The notes beneath the pieces are model-generated. The model worked only from the letters and a program-made list of their open reading frames with translations. It did no database searches and was not told the DNA's origin. A stretch of DNA of 64,000 nucleotides from Caecitellus pseudoparvulus. Its lineage: Eukaryota > Protista > Bigyra: Bicosoecida. The DNA lies in NCBI GenBank assembly GCA_965644315.1, contig CBFFRQ010000089.1:434001-498000 (forward strand), in the 5' to 3' direction. Position numbers and translations under genes: made by a program. Positions 9,178 through 21,062 of this stretch are shown in pieces. How positions within the stretch are numbered: position 1 is the first letter of the stretch; each line of letters opens with the position of its first letter.

Positions 9178-12022
9178 ATGGCGGGGGAGACGCCCGTGCG
9201 CAAAGGGTACTTGTACAAGCGAGGGGGGTACAGGGCAGGTGTGCCTGACTTCATGAAGGTGCGGCACGCGCTGTGGCGGGCGAGCGCTCCCTGCGTCGCC
9301 GCCGCCCGCTGCATGCCACTGCACAGTGCACTGCAGCGCACCTGCGGCCACGCACTCACGGCACTGCCCCGCGCAGGGATGGAATCAACGGTGGTTTGAA
9401 TTGGACAACAGCGTTCTGCGGTGGTTTAAGGAGCCTGGCGGCTCTTGCCGAGCCATGGTGCGTGTTGCAGTGCCGCTCGCAAACCCGCGTTTCGTCAGCG
9501 TGCCACGCGCGCGAAGCGGCCCGCACGAAGCACGTTGCCACTCCGCTTCCATTGCGGCTGCCGCACGGGGAGTGGCAACTGCATGATGTGTGTGCGCGTA
9601 TGCTGTGCCTTCCACGCCCGTGGCTGTGCAGCTGGGCTGCTGCGTGGGCACAGCGCCGCTACCCTGACATCCGCCGGCGCCGCCTGGCCCAGAGCCCCCC
9701 CTCTCACACCCCTCCACCCCCCCCCAGATGGACATCAAGGGCTGCACTGTGCGGGAAGTGCCCACTGAGGAGTTCAACAAGCCGTATGCGTTTGAGATCG
9801 AGGACCAGGGCGGTCGCAGCATGTACCTTGCCACGGACTCGGCCGAGAGTCAGGATCGCTGGCGACGCGTGCTGGTGCATGGGGCCACTGGGAAACGCCC
9901 TGAAGCCTCTTCGGGGTTGCTGAAGCAGCGGCGGCGAGAGGAAATAGCGGCCATGAAGACCAGTGGCGCGAAACTCCGCACGGCAGTGAAAAAAGTGGTC
10001 GCTGCACGGGCCTTCGAGACGGTGAAGGTCGCCAGCGACCCGGAAACGCTCAAGGCTGCCCTGGAGTTTAAGGCAAAACTGACCAAACCACGCACAGAGG
10101 CTGAACGAGCTGCGGCATCAGCCACCTCGTCAGGGGCGTCGACGCCGCGGGGGGGCGGAGGGGGGGTCCAGGAAGGCAAGGCGACGGGAGGGGGGGGGTC
10201 CCCAGCCCTGCCGCCACCCCCCTCCTCCCCTCGCGGCTCCCCCGCCAGCACCGCAGCAGCAGGTGGGGCCAGTGGTGGGGCGGCGGGTGCGGAGCTGACT
10301 CTGTACTTGCAGGGTGTGCCCGAGGTGGGGTCGCAGCTGCGACTGGTGCCTGCGACGGGGTCGCTGGACGACATGTCGCTGGCTTGGTTCACGTACGAAG
10401 GCGACGGCCTGCCAGCGACAGGGACGGTGTCACCGCCCCTCCCAGGAGTCACCTACATCGAAGGCGCGACGGGGGTGGCCTACACGCCCACAGCAGCCGA
10501 CGCTGGGAAGCGAGTGGGGGCCAGTGCACGATCGGCGCTCGCAAAGACAGGCGCGCTGGTCGCAAGTGCCGAGCCGGTCGCAGAAGTCGACACGTCGGTC
10601 GTCAGCGTGCGGCTGGCCATGGCGCCGCACAAACACTCGCGCTACTGCGACCGGCGTGTGCGTGTGTGCACGACCGAAGGTCGCGTGCGGGAACACGAGG
10701 TCGTGCGTGCGGAGCTCCGCGGCCCCGCCGCAGACATCGCCAAATTCCGCGTGCGGTGGTGGCGCAGCGACCCCGTCCCGTCCAACGTCGCGGGGGGGCC
10801 TGCGGAAATGGCAGACCTGCTCAAGGGCTGCCACTTCCGCCCCGTCACGCCACGGCAGGTGGCGGACTTGCCGCCCACCCCCAAGGACTCCGAGCCGGCC
10901 CCCGACATCCAGGACGTGAAGGCGAAGTTGCAGAGCACGCCAGATATGGGGTGGGCCCAGCCCCCTGGGGGGATCACGGAGTACCCCCTATTCCCCGAGG
11001 ACTTGAACTGCCTCGTCGCGTGCGACCTGGTGCCTGTCGACGACCCGCCACCCTCCCCCACTGGCCCCGCTGCCATCACAGGGGAGCCCTGGCCTGTGTG
11101 GGGCACGGTGGGCCCACCCGCTGGCAGTGACTCACGGCACCCTGCAGCAGGGGGCCGCGTGTGCAGCATGCCACTGGGCCCAGTGGAGCCCTGCCCCCCC
11201 AAGGCCCGGGAGATCTGGATCGAGGGTGACGAGCGGGTGGGGCAGGTGCTGTGGGGGCGTTTCTGGTACTTTGGCGGGCGCATGGGCCCATGCCGCGTCT
11301 GGTGGGTGCGCATCGACGAGGAGGGTAACACGACTGACGTCACACCGCCCACACCGCTGCCCAGTCCGTACACGCCTCGCCCCAGCTTCGCCGACGCGTG
11401 CCAGGTCGCACCCGCCGAGGCCGGGTCGCCAAAGATCGACCCGTGCATCCTGCGCCTCGGCCCGGCTGACGCTGGGTCCGTGTTCAAGTTCAAGGTGACG
11501 CCTGTGCGGGAGGACGGCGATGAGGGCCACGCAGAAAGTTCTCGACCCAGTGGGCCCATCGCCCCGCCCGACGCGGAGCCCCGCCCCACACGGTACACCC
11601 AGGCGCCTGAGCTGCAGGCAGCGCCCCTGCAACGCCGAGTCACCACAAGCCGCGGCAAGTCCGCCCCCGCCGCGCCCAGCCGCAAGCGAGCCCCGTCAGC
11701 CCCCCCCACCAAGGGGGGGGGCTCCCCCGTGCCGGAGCCCGTGCCGGAGGAGGGGGGAGGTGGGGCGGATGTGCCCCCCCCTCCGGTGGCCCCCGCCCCC
11801 GCCCCAGTGGAGGATGACATGCTGCCCGGCTGGGTGGCGCTGGATGACGGGGAGGGCAACACGTATTACTTCCACGAGGAGAGCGGCGAGAGTCGGTGGA
11901 CCAAGCCCACTGCGGACGGGCTACCGGATGGCTGGATCAAGATGCTGGATGAGGAGACGGCGGCGGAGTACTTCTTCAACACCTACACAGGGGAGAGCCA
12001 GTGGGAGATGCCGACGGAGTGA
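9178..12022 (+). CDS. PH domain + AIR9-like Ig (A9-type) repeats + tandem WW domain protein; 3 exons
   Basis: Exons 9178-9258, 9377-9457, 9728-12022 join into a PH domain (RKGYLYKRGG..GWNQRWFEL..YLATDSAESQDRW). A9-like segments: IEGATGVAYTPTAADAGKRV; IWIEGDERVGQVLWGRFWYFGG; DAGSVFKFKVTPVREDG. Two WW domains: LPGWVALDD..YYFHEESGESRWTKP and LPDGW..YFFNTYTGESQWEMP. Confidence 0.85.
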
Positions 12023-12296
12023 GGGGGGGGATCGACCCCCCCTCCCCCCCCCTGCACACTTCCCCTCCGCGCTCTGTGCGTCTGTCTCGTGTCAAATTCA
12101 TCGCTTGTGCCCGCCCCTCCTCACCACGCGGCGTGATAACGCGAAAAAGGCGCTGCTCAAATCACAGCCAGTGCAGATGTAGTGTTGCTCCACTGCAGGT
12201 GAGCCGAGGCCCCCACGTTCCGGCACCAAGGCCTGCAAACACGTGCCGCAGGGGGCTGGCAGCGTGCGGAAATTGCGCCCACACCACCCCGCACCA

Positions 12297-14294
12297 ATGC
12301 CGTCGAAAGCCAAGCGCGGGCGCAAGGCACGCGGCAACAAGGTCGCCGTGGACGTTGCATTCGGCACGCCCTCGTCGGCAGTCGCCTCTGCCAGCGTGGC
12401 CAGCCTTGAAGCCTCCCTCAACGCAGCGGTGAATGTGGTGCCGACGCACGCCGGAGGCACACACCACGCCGAGGTGGGGCAGGACGCCGAGCTGCGCCCC
12501 GTCGCCGAGCGCGTGTGCCGGCACATGCTGGGAGGGGGCTGCTTCCGCAGCGACTGCCCTTTTTCCCACGACGTCTCGGGCATTCCCTGCAAGTTCTTCG
12601 GCACGCCGCAAGGCTGCCGCTTGGGCGACGCCTGCCCCTTCATGCACCGCACGCCCCTGCCGCGCACCAGCCAGCCTGCACACCCCACCAGCACAGAGCT
12701 GCCCCCTCCCTCGGCAGCCATGACGGGGGGGTGGGATTGGGTGGCCCCTGGCACTGCCGTGCCTGCCATGCCGGGCTTCATGGGGGGAGGTGTGGGTGGG
12801 ATGCCTCAATTTCCGCAGGTGCCACAGCAGGCCCCGGCCCAGCCGGCTGTCAGCCCCCCCCCTGCAGTGTGGGGCACGACCCCCCCTGCGTTGGGCTCAG
12901 CAGGCCCCTCCTGGACTCCCACCTCCCCAGCTGCCTTCCCCTCAGCGTTGGCGGCACCCCCCTCACAGATCCAGGAGGGGGGGGGGGTGGGGGACACCGC
13001 CGAGGCCCCAGCGCCCGATGCAGGGTGGGGTGTGCCAGGGAGGTTGGCTGACGCAGCATCCCCACCCGGACCTGCGCCTGAAGGGGAGGAGGAGGGGGAG
13101 GAGGGGGGGGGCGACCTGGAGGATGACGACTTGGCCTGGCTGCTGAGTGTGGCGGGGGAGGCGGGGGCCATGGGCCCACCCTCCGCACCCAGCTCCGCCA
13201 GCCAGACCCCGACAGACTCCAGCGAGCGGGCGGGCCCCAGCTCCACAGCCTGGGGACCCCCCCCCCCCTCTGAACCGGCAGGGCCCCTCCGCGCCGGGCA
13301 GGGCATCTCGCTGGGCCCACTGCCCGCCTGGGTGGTGCAAGACGTGCGGGACATGGCGCCACCCGCCGCACCGGAGGCCCCCTCCTTCCCCCGCCTGGGC
13401 AGCGGCAAGGCCTCCTCCGCCACTGGACCCCCCCCCTCGGCGTGGTCCTGGGGCCCCTCCGGCGGGCTGAATTTATCCGCAGCCCTGCAGGTGAAGTGGC
13501 TGCACTCAGCCACACTGAAGGCCCTGCAGGCAGCTGGGAACAACGACCCTGCTGCCTGCACTGTGGAGGGTGTGCGGGCTGTGTACGAGGAGCAGGGGGG
13601 GGACATGGCCGCCGCTCAGGCGGCGCTGGAGGCCGCTCATGGCGTGCGTATTACGGTCTCCCACCGCGGCACCCTGCCCTCCACCCGGCGCCGCCACGTC
13701 GCCTCCACTGGGCAGCGAGGCAGTGCCGAGGCGGCGGTCGCTGCGACCGCCCTGGCCCGTCGTCTGCGCTGGGTGGACACGGGTGTCAGCGCGAGCGCCA
13801 CGTACAAGGGCGCCCGGGACAAGGCGGAACAGTATGCGGTGGCCCGGAACAAGTGCTTTGGCCGTGCCACACAGGCGTACTTGGCTGGCAAGGGAGCCCT
13901 GGCCCGCAAGTGGAGCCGGGAGGGGCGTGCGCTGGATCGGCGCATGCGACAAGCTCACGCGCAGGCCGCAGCGGCTATCTTCGCCCAGCGCAACGCGGGG
14001 TTCCAGGGCTCTGCCTCGGATGGCTTGGCTGCTATGGATGTGCATGGCTTACACCCGGATGAGGCGGTGGATGCGGTGGCGGAAGGGGTGGCGACGAAGG
14101 GCGTCTCCCTGGGGGGTCCCCCTGCTGTGTGGTTGGCGGTGGTGGTGGGAACAGGGCACCACTCGTACGGTGGGCAGGATTCAGGTTCCGAGGTGGCTGA
14201 GGCGGTGCGGCGGTGGGCGGAGGGCGCCAAGGTGGTGTGGTGTGAGGTGGGGCAGGGCGACGGGCGAGGCGGCACCATCATGATTCAAATGTAA
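12297..14294 (+). CDS. CCCH zinc finger + DUF1771-like + Smr domain protein (putative RNA endonuclease)
   Basis: Two CCCH fingers (CRHMLGGGCFRSDCPFSH; CKFFGTPQGCRLGDACPFMH). Helical segment RNKCFGRATQAYLAGKGALARKWSREGR. Smr motifs MDVHGLHPDEA, VVVGTGHHS, GGTIMI. Confidence 0.85.
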   Translation: MPSKAKRGRKARGNKVAVDVAFGTPSSAVASASVASLEASLNAAVNVVPTHAGGTHHAEVGQDAELRPVAERVCRHMLGGGCFRSDCPFSHDVSGIPCKFFGTPQGCRLGDACPFMHRTPLPRTSQPAHPTSTELPPPSAAMTGGWDWVAPGTAVPAMPGFMGGGVGGMPQFPQVPQQAPAQPAVSPPPAVWGTTPPALGSAGPSWTPTSPAAFPSALAAPPSQIQEGGGVGDTAEAPAPDAGWGVPGRLADAASPPGPAPEGEEEGEEGGGDLEDDDLAWLLSVAGEAGAMGPPSAPSSASQTPTDSSERAGPSSTAWGPPPPSEPAGPLRAGQGISLGPLPAWVVQDVRDMAPPAAPEAPSFPRLGSGKASSATGPPPSAWSWGPSGGLNLSAALQVKWLHSATLKALQAAGNNDPAACTVEGVRAVYEEQGGDMAAAQAALEAAHGVRITVSHRGTLPSTRRRHVASTGQRGSAEAAVAATALARRLRWVDTGVSASATYKGARDKAEQYAVARNKCFGRATQAYLAGKGALARKWSREGRALDRRMRQAHAQAAAAIFAQRNAGFQGSASDGLAAMDVHGLHPDEAVDAVAEGVATKGVSLGGPPAVWLAVVVGTGHHSYGGQDSGSEVAEAVRRWAEGAKVVWCEVGQGDGRGGTIMIQM

Positions 14295-14373
14295 CGCAAC
14301 TGCATTGCCGGCCGATATGGTGCGCCAACAGCGCTGCGCGATGTAAGATTGCACGCCTTGCCACACGAACGGC

Positions 14374-17300
14374 TCAGGTCCCGCTCATGAAGGCAGGTGG
14401 ACCCCGCTGCATACCCCCTCCTCCTCCACCCACGAAGGACGGTGGACCCCGCTGCATACCCCCTCCTCCTCCACCCACAAAGGACGGTGGACCCCGCTGC
14501 ATACCCCCTCCTCCTCCACCCACGAAGGACGGGGGACCCCGCTGCATACCCCCTCCTCCTCCGCCAACGAAGGACGGTGGACCCCGGTGGCCACCCAGAT
14601 CCGCCTTGCCTCCCAAGGACGGCGGAAGGGCTGTCTCCAGCCGACTGGCTTCGCGCGCGAGAGGTGTCGCGGAGGCAGGCTCAAATTCCGCGCCCCGCCA
14701 CCGGTCGTGGTTCCCGCTGGCCTGGAACTGCAGCGATGCGCTAACTGGCCTGGCCTGCCGCTGGGACTGGGGGGTGGCCATGACCGGAACAACGGTGTTC
14801 CGGATGCGCGACGGATGCACACCCCCCCATCCCCGCCCAGCGAACAGCGGGTTGCTGGGCACCGCACCCACAGCGGCAGCGGCGAAGGACACGGCATCTG
14901 CGTGGCCCCAGGCATCCCCCCCCTCCACTGCCGCCAGCACGTCCAGCATGGCCGCACTGTACACGACGTGGGATAGGTGCGCCCTGGCCCGTGGTGTGGC
15001 ACACCAGGTGAGGAGGGCCTGCTTCAGCTGCGACACCCACGTGCCCACAACGGCTTGCAGTTCAGGGGGGGACAGGGGGGGCACGCTCACGTCGGGGTCC
15101 ACGTGGCCCATGGACCCCTCCCGAGCCAGAACAGCGGAGCGGGCCTCCAAGAACACGCCCGCCAGCGGCAGGGTGTGTTCCTGGGCCACTGCCGCGGCAG
15201 TTGCGGGGTACAGCATGGGCCCACGCAGGCCAGGGGCGGTTGCCATGAGGTTGGCGAGGTCCAGACCCCCCCCCGTCGCGACGCTGGTGGGCATGTCGTC
15301 CCCCCCCACGCCCACGCACGGCACAAGGAGGGGTGCCCGGGAGAGCAGCAGTGCCTGCTCGCCAGGCAGGCCGCGCCTCCCACCCCGCCTCGCAGCGGCG
15401 TGCACCCCAGCCGGAACACACTGCGCGGAGCCCACCATGCCGACCGGAACACGCACGGCGATGGGAGGGATGCCCACCCTGTCCCCGAACTCAGCCCAGG
15501 CCACCCGCAGCAGGGGTGCGGTGGGGGGCAGGGCGGAGGCAGTGCCGGCCACCCACTGGGCAACGGCGGAGGGGGGCAGGTACACCTCCACGTTGGCGGT
15601 GAGGGGTAGGGCGGAGGGGGGGAGGGGGGGGGTGTCACCCCCCTCCTCCGCCTGCACCGCAGCCATCCGACACCCGCCGTCCTCGCAGCCGTCGCGCTTC
15701 AGACGCTGCTGCAGCAGGGGCAGCGACATCACCGCCACATCACACGTGTCCCGTCCTCCCGGCGACACCACCTCCACATCCAGCCCTGTGTCCACCACCC
15801 CCTGCATCCGGCGCAGCAGGTCCCCTGCGCAGGCGGCGGCATCCGCTGTGCCGGGCAGCGTCAGGATGCGCCCTGCCAGAGGGACGAATCGCATGCCAGG
15901 CTGGCGCAGAATGGGCAGGGGGGTGATGTCCGGGCCCGCCCCCAAGGGCTCTGTGCACAGGAGCTCAGAGGGGGGCGGGGGGGCCATGGCCGCCTCGCCA
16001 TCCTCATCCCCCGCTGGCGCAGCTGGGGAGGCGGGAGCGGTGGTGGTGCCGGTGGGAGAGGTGGGCAGGTCTGCCCCCCCCATCCGTGCAGCGTACGCCG
16101 CCACCCCGGCCAGGGTGGGGTTGGAGCTGCCGCGGTAGGGGGCCGTGTCCGCATCTGGCTCGACACCGCCCCCCCCCACCTCCTCGTCCTCCTCCTCCTC
16201 GTCCACCACCCCAATCAGCAAGGGCGTGTGTGCCTTGAGTGAGGGCCGGTGCACTCTGCCCCCTGTCTTGTCTGCTGCTGCTGCCGCCGCCGCAGTGGAG
16301 GTGGGGGGCGCACCGGCCCCCTCCTCCCCCTCCCCGCCAACCCCCTCATCCGATGGGATGGCTTTCGGGTGCACTGCGGGTGGAGCGGAAGGGGTGGGCC
16401 CATCCTCCACCCCCACATCGTGGTGGGGTGAAGGGCGCGCCGCGACACCGACGGGCGGCGCGGATGGGGCCAGCAGTGGGCCCATGCCCTCCGCCCCGTC
16501 TGCGTGCGAGTGGGCAGACGCCGTGGAGGTGCTGTGGCTGCCAGACAGGCCGGGGCGCAGAAAGGACAGCGCGAAGGGGGCCTCCTCCACAGGCACCCCC
16601 CCTCCCGTGGACAGGCTGCTCGCTTGCGTGGAGGGGACGGGGGTGGGTGGGTGCCCGGTGCTGGCTGTGGGGGGCGGGCGCACGCCGGTGGGTGGACCCA
16701 CCGCCCCCACCGCCACAGGCGCCGGCAGCACGACATCCCCCCCCTCATCCCCCCCCTCATCCTGCCCGACCAGCCCCACCGCCACAGCCAGGCTGGCTGC
16801 AGAGGCCCCCGAGGCAGCGGTGGCGGCGGAGCCCCCTGAGGCAGTGCCCCCGCCGCCCGCCTGGCCCCCCCCCTGCCCTGGCTTGCCCCGCACCCCCGCC
16901 GCCCGCAACAGGCGTTTCTGGCGGCGGGCAGATCGTGCTGCCAGCGCGGCGGACGTCAGGTGCTCCGCTTGTTTTTGCACCAGGCTCCACAGCTGCGTCA
17001 TGTGCGCCTGCACCGCCACGCCAGAGTACGCCGTCACATGCATGTCGAAAAAGTGCTGCAGGGGGGACCCCGGCGCGTAGCCCTCTCCCACGCCCAGGAT
17101 GGGGGGGCGCCGGGCGGGGTGGGGCGCCAACAAGTGCAGCAGGGCGGCGACAGTGCCCTCCGATGCCGCTGGGCCCACGCCCCGCGCAGGGGGTGCGGAG
17201 GGTGCGCGCAGGCCCCGCGTGATGACCCCCACGTCCCCGATCGTGTACCTGTAGAAGGCCCCCGTGGGGGACAGTGGGTCCGCCCCCCCCGCATCCGCGT

Positions 17301-18442
17301 CGGAGAACTTGGCCCCGCTGGCTGCCCAGGGCGTGCTGCAGCCGCTGAGCAGGGTGAAGAAGGCCACGCCAGAGGACCAGACGTCCACCCCCCGCACGTC
17401 GTACCCACCAGGGTCAGAGGTGGTGGAGTGGGAGTCACACCCGCCACCACCACCACCGCCGCCCCCGCCGCCGGCGGAGCCACTGCCTGACACAGAGGGT
17501 GGGTTGCTCCCTGGCTCCCACAGACCCACCTCTCGTTGAAAGGCGCTGTTCCCCATCATCTCAGGCGCCCGGTACGCCACAGTGCCGCAGCTGGCCGTTG
17601 CCAGGTACGCCTGGGGGTGCGCCGTGCCGATGTCGGGGCGAGGCACGAGGAAGGCCATGCCAAAATCCGCAACTTGTGCCGTGCCGCTGGCAGACACGAG
17701 GATGTTCTCAGGCTTCACGTCGCGGTGAAAGACGCCCACGGAAGCAGCCCCCTGCAGCCCCACCAACGCCTGCAGCAGGAATCGACGGGCCAGGTGCTCA
17801 GACCACAAGGCACTGGTCTGCACAGCACCCTTTCCCAGCTCCAGCTCGATGGGCGCGTCCAACGGCATGCTGCCCTCCGCCGTCACGCCGTACTGGGCGT
17901 GCACCAGTGCGGAGATGCCCGACACGATCACCAGCAGGTCCGTGATGGCCAGGGGGTGTACCTGCAACGTGCACTGCAGCAGCTGCCCAGCCTCGCCCCC
18001 CTCGCCTGGCAGCTGTACCCACGGGCTCGTGGCGCTGTCAATCAACCCCACGACATTGCCCACCCGTGTCAAGCGCCGCAGGGCCCGCAGCTCTGTCGGC
18101 AGCGCCCCTGCCGCTGCCAGGGCGGCTCGGTGGGAGCCAGGCCGCGGCGCATCACACACTTTGACGGCCACAACAGTGCCTTGCTGCAGCTTGTCTCTCG
18201 CAAGCCACACCACGGCCTGGCCGCCAGCTCCAATGATGTTGATGAGTTCATAACGCCTGTGGGTGGCGAGAGGAGGGCAGGGCGTGCCGTGTGCACGAGG
18301 GTGACAGGCCTGGAAGGTAGCTGCAGCGGCTCAAAAACCGCACTCACTCGTGCAGCACAGCACCCTGCACCAGCTCCGCAACCGGCACTGAGGGCACAGC
18401 CGGGGAGGTTGAGCGAGTGATGTCGAAAATGAAGTCTTGCAT
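14374..18442 (-). CDS. Ser/Thr protein kinase with long low-complexity C-terminal region; 2 exons
   Basis: ATG at 18442, intron 18347-18257. The join restores RYELINIIGAGGQAVVW (Gly-rich loop). Also VAVK, HRDVKPEN, DFG, CGTVAYRAPE, DVWSSGV. Confidence 0.88.
14395..14587. repeat. 45-bp coding tandem repeat, ~4 copies, encoding (GPPSFVGGGGGGMQR)n at the kinase C-terminus
   Basis: The unit ggaccccgctgcataccccctcctcctccacccacgaaggacggt recurs with few substitutions. Confidence 0.95.
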
Positions 18443-18698
18443 GGCTCAACACGCTGCAAGCCGTCGCCACAGCGCCCTCAGTCGAAGCGGCGAAGCGCCA
18501 CGCCAGCCGCCCACACAACCACTGCCGGCGTGCCAGCGCACGGCGTTCCTTGGCCACGCACTGCCAGGCGAGGGCGGCGGGGGAGCACGTAGGTCACGTG
18601 GGAACGACGAGTACAAGCATGCATTTCAACGCATATGTGCAATGTAAGTCATTGGCATAGTTTCACGGTTTTACAGTGGGCCAGGGGAGTGCACAAGG

Positions 18699-21062
18699 TC
18701 AGGTGGCAGACGGGCTGGGCGGCATGTCACCCACCCCCACCCCCGCCGCTGGCACGTCCACCAGGCGCCACATGACGCGCACCAGGGCAGCTGGAACACT
18801 GCAGGGGAAGTGCAGGGACACCTGCACGTCATCTGACGCAGGCTTGGGGGGCGTGGCGGGGGGCGAACGCCCCTCTCCTGCCGCCGCTCCCCGCAGCCGC
18901 GTCAACGCCGCCACCTGCACAACATTCTGCCCCGAGTCCGCCAAGTGCCGCTTGTCCCCACGCATGGGTGTGCTCTTGTCCGCTTGCATGTGGCTGTCCG
19001 CCTCGCCCCCGGGCGGGACACCTGCCTCCCCCCCTGCCGGGTCAGCTGTACGCCCGGAGACGGCATCCCCCGATGTGGGGGACAGCGGCGCCTGCACGCT
19101 GCCCAGAGAGGCAGTGTGGGTCATGCTGAGCACGTGGCCACTGCTGGCACTGCGAAATGCAATGGGGGGGTACCCCACGCCGCTGCTGGACTTGCTGTGC
19201 CCTGGCGGCAGCGTGCCCAGGCTGGCTGCGGGGTTTGTGCTGTCTGAGTCAGAGGTGGAGCCACGAGCACGGCTGCCGCCCGACTCCCCCGTGGCCACAC
19301 GCGTGCGCCCCAGACGAGAGCTGGCCCCAGCAGCGCCCTCCTCCTCCACGATCGTGTCGATGGGGGTGCCGCCCACCATGGGCTTGCTACCCCGCCGCCG
19401 CCCGCCACCCCCCCGCACGAGAAGGTGCCCCGGCAAGGGGGTGCGGTCTGGAACGCGCAGCACATCCACCATGGTCCAGCTGTCCAGGGCAGGGGCAGAG
19501 GCGATGAACACTTGCACCTCCTGGTGCAGGGCACCGGAGGACCCCGCCGCCGCCGCCGCCACCACCTCCTCCAGCATCTGCACCAGGTCCGCCGGTGCTC
19601 GGAGGGTGAGGGTGGACACAGGGGCGATAGGCAGCACGGTGCACTGTGCGAAGCACACGCTGCTCATCTCCATCGCAGCTTGCAGCTCCCCCAGGTCGTC
19701 CCAGAAGGCGTCGGTGAGTCCCGCGCCGGCGGCGGAGTCACCCGCCGTCCGACCTCCACCACCCCGCCGGCCCCACCGACCCCCAGTTGTGCGAGACCGC
19801 GTGCGGGGCGGGGCCAAGGGTGCCCATGCCGGCGTGTACACCCCCGGTGTGATGGAGGAGCGACGCAGCGAGGGGGTGGAGCAAGAGGCGCTGAGGGGGG
19901 GCAGCAAGTACCCGCCGGGGCCCAGGGCCAGCGGCACGTCGGACACGTTGCCCCACTCCGCCCAGGCGGCCAGCAATTCGGAGCCGCCCGTGTGGGCAAA
20001 AGGTGCGATAGCCCCCCCCAGAGCGGCGATGTTGCTGGAAGCTGACTGCTCACTGAGAATGCTCACCGTGCTGTTCCGGGTGCGCTTGGAGGGGAAGTGC
20101 AGCAGGTGAGACCCGCCCCGCTCGCCCGACACGTCAGCGTACTCCACTGACAGGTCCGGCTCTCCCAGCAACATGCGGCTGGAGACGTCTGGCATTTGAA
20201 AGGTTTCCCGGGAACCACTGGGGGAGGGGGGCCCCTCCCCCACCTCCCCGCTGTGTCCGGATGATGTAGCGGGCACGATGTGGGGCGACGAGTGTGAGCG
20301 GCGAGAAGCCCAGTCAGAGACGCGAGAACTGCCCCCTACACTGCCCTGGCGGCCGCCAGAAGTGACGGGAAACGCACCTGGTGTGGGGGTGCTGCCACGC
20401 CTGGAAGGCGCGACGGACCGCCGGCCGTGGGAGGAGGCCCCACTGAAAGCGGAGGTGGCGCTGCCCCGGCGCGGCAAAAACCCCGCCCGCCCGGCGGCAC
20501 GTTTCAGGTGCTTCAGGACAGCGTGGCACTCCCAGGACGTGAGCAGGGCCATGCCCACGGCTTTCAAGGAGTCTGGCGTCCTGGGCGTCGTGACTGGGCA
20601 CACCCAGGGCCCGGCAATGGCCCACGTTGCAGTGCTGATGGGCGTCGTGGTCAGGCAATCCCCCGCGCTCTCCATGAAGGGTGACGGCAAGACGACAGTG
20701 CAGTCGTGCCCTAGGGCCTTGCCCAGATCGAGGAAATTCATGAATGGCCCGTCCCGCAGCGTCAGCTCCTGCACGACATCCCTCACGGCAGGGTCCCACG
20801 GGTCCACGCCAGTGCCCGGCGGCGCCCACGCATGCCGAATGACAAGCTGCTTCAGCCCGCGTGCAAAGCGCACAGGGGCAGTGACATACCCGCCGACACC
20901 GACAGTGATAGAGCCTGTGACGCGAGGGCCGGTGCGCTGTTCGGCAGCGCGCAGGGGGTCAGGCAACGCGGCAGTTGCTGTGTGCCGCTTGAAGCACGCA
21001 TTCGCTGAGCTGGCGCAGGCACGCCCCGCCGTGCAACGCACCCACAGACGCCACGCGGCCAT
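18699..21062 (-). CDS. Hypothetical protein (~790 aa), Ser/Gly/Pro-rich
   Basis: Long minus-strand ORF; first in-frame ATG (MAAWRLWVRC) at 21062. It fills the gap between the kinase and the F-box array. No recognisable domain. Confidence 0.6.
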   Translation of the reverse strand: MAAWRLWVRCTAGRACASSANACFKRHTATAALPDPLRAAEQRTGPRVTGSITVGVGGYVTAPVRFARGLKQLVIRHAWAPPGTGVDPWDPAVRDVVQELTLRDGPFMNFLDLGKALGHDCTVVLPSPFMESAGDCLTTTPISTATWAIAGPWVCPVTTPRTPDSLKAVGMALLTSWECHAVLKHLKRAAGRAGFLPRRGSATSAFSGASSHGRRSVAPSRRGSTPTPGAFPVTSGGRQGSVGGSSRVSDWASRRSHSSPHIVPATSSGHSGEVGEGPPSPSGSRETFQMPDVSSRMLLGEPDLSVEYADVSGERGGSHLLHFPSKRTRNSTVSILSEQSASSNIAALGGAIAPFAHTGGSELLAAWAEWGNVSDVPLALGPGGYLLPPLSASCSTPSLRRSSITPGVYTPAWAPLAPPRTRSRTTGGRWGRRGGGGRTAGDSAAGAGLTDAFWDDLGELQAAMEMSSVCFAQCTVLPIAPVSTLTLRAPADLVQMLEEVVAAAAAGSSGALHQEVQVFIASAPALDSWTMVDVLRVPDRTPLPGHLLVRGGGGRRRGSKPMVGGTPIDTIVEEEGAAGASSRLGRTRVATGESGGSRARGSTSDSDSTNPAASLGTLPPGHSKSSSGVGYPPIAFRSASSGHVLSMTHTASLGSVQAPLSPTSGDAVSGRTADPAGGEAGVPPGGEADSHMQADKSTPMRGDKRHLADSGQNVVQVAALTRLRGAAAGEGRSPPATPPKPASDDVQVSLHFPCSVPAALVRVMWRLVDVPAAGVGVGDMPPSPSAT

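Noticed and set aside
12130-12150. cgcgaaa as an E2F-like site upstream of the Smr gene
   Set aside because: A single short imperfect match in GC-rich DNA is not distinguishable from chance.
14395-14587. 45-bp repeat as a CRISPR array
   Set aside because: Contiguous units without unique spacers, in frame within a CDS, and no cas genes.
14387-17222. Plus-strand ORFs opposite the kinase, including the PPPPPPTKDGGPRCI repeats
   Set aside because: Antisense to a kinase with complete catalytic motifs; long ORFs are expected by chance at this GC content.
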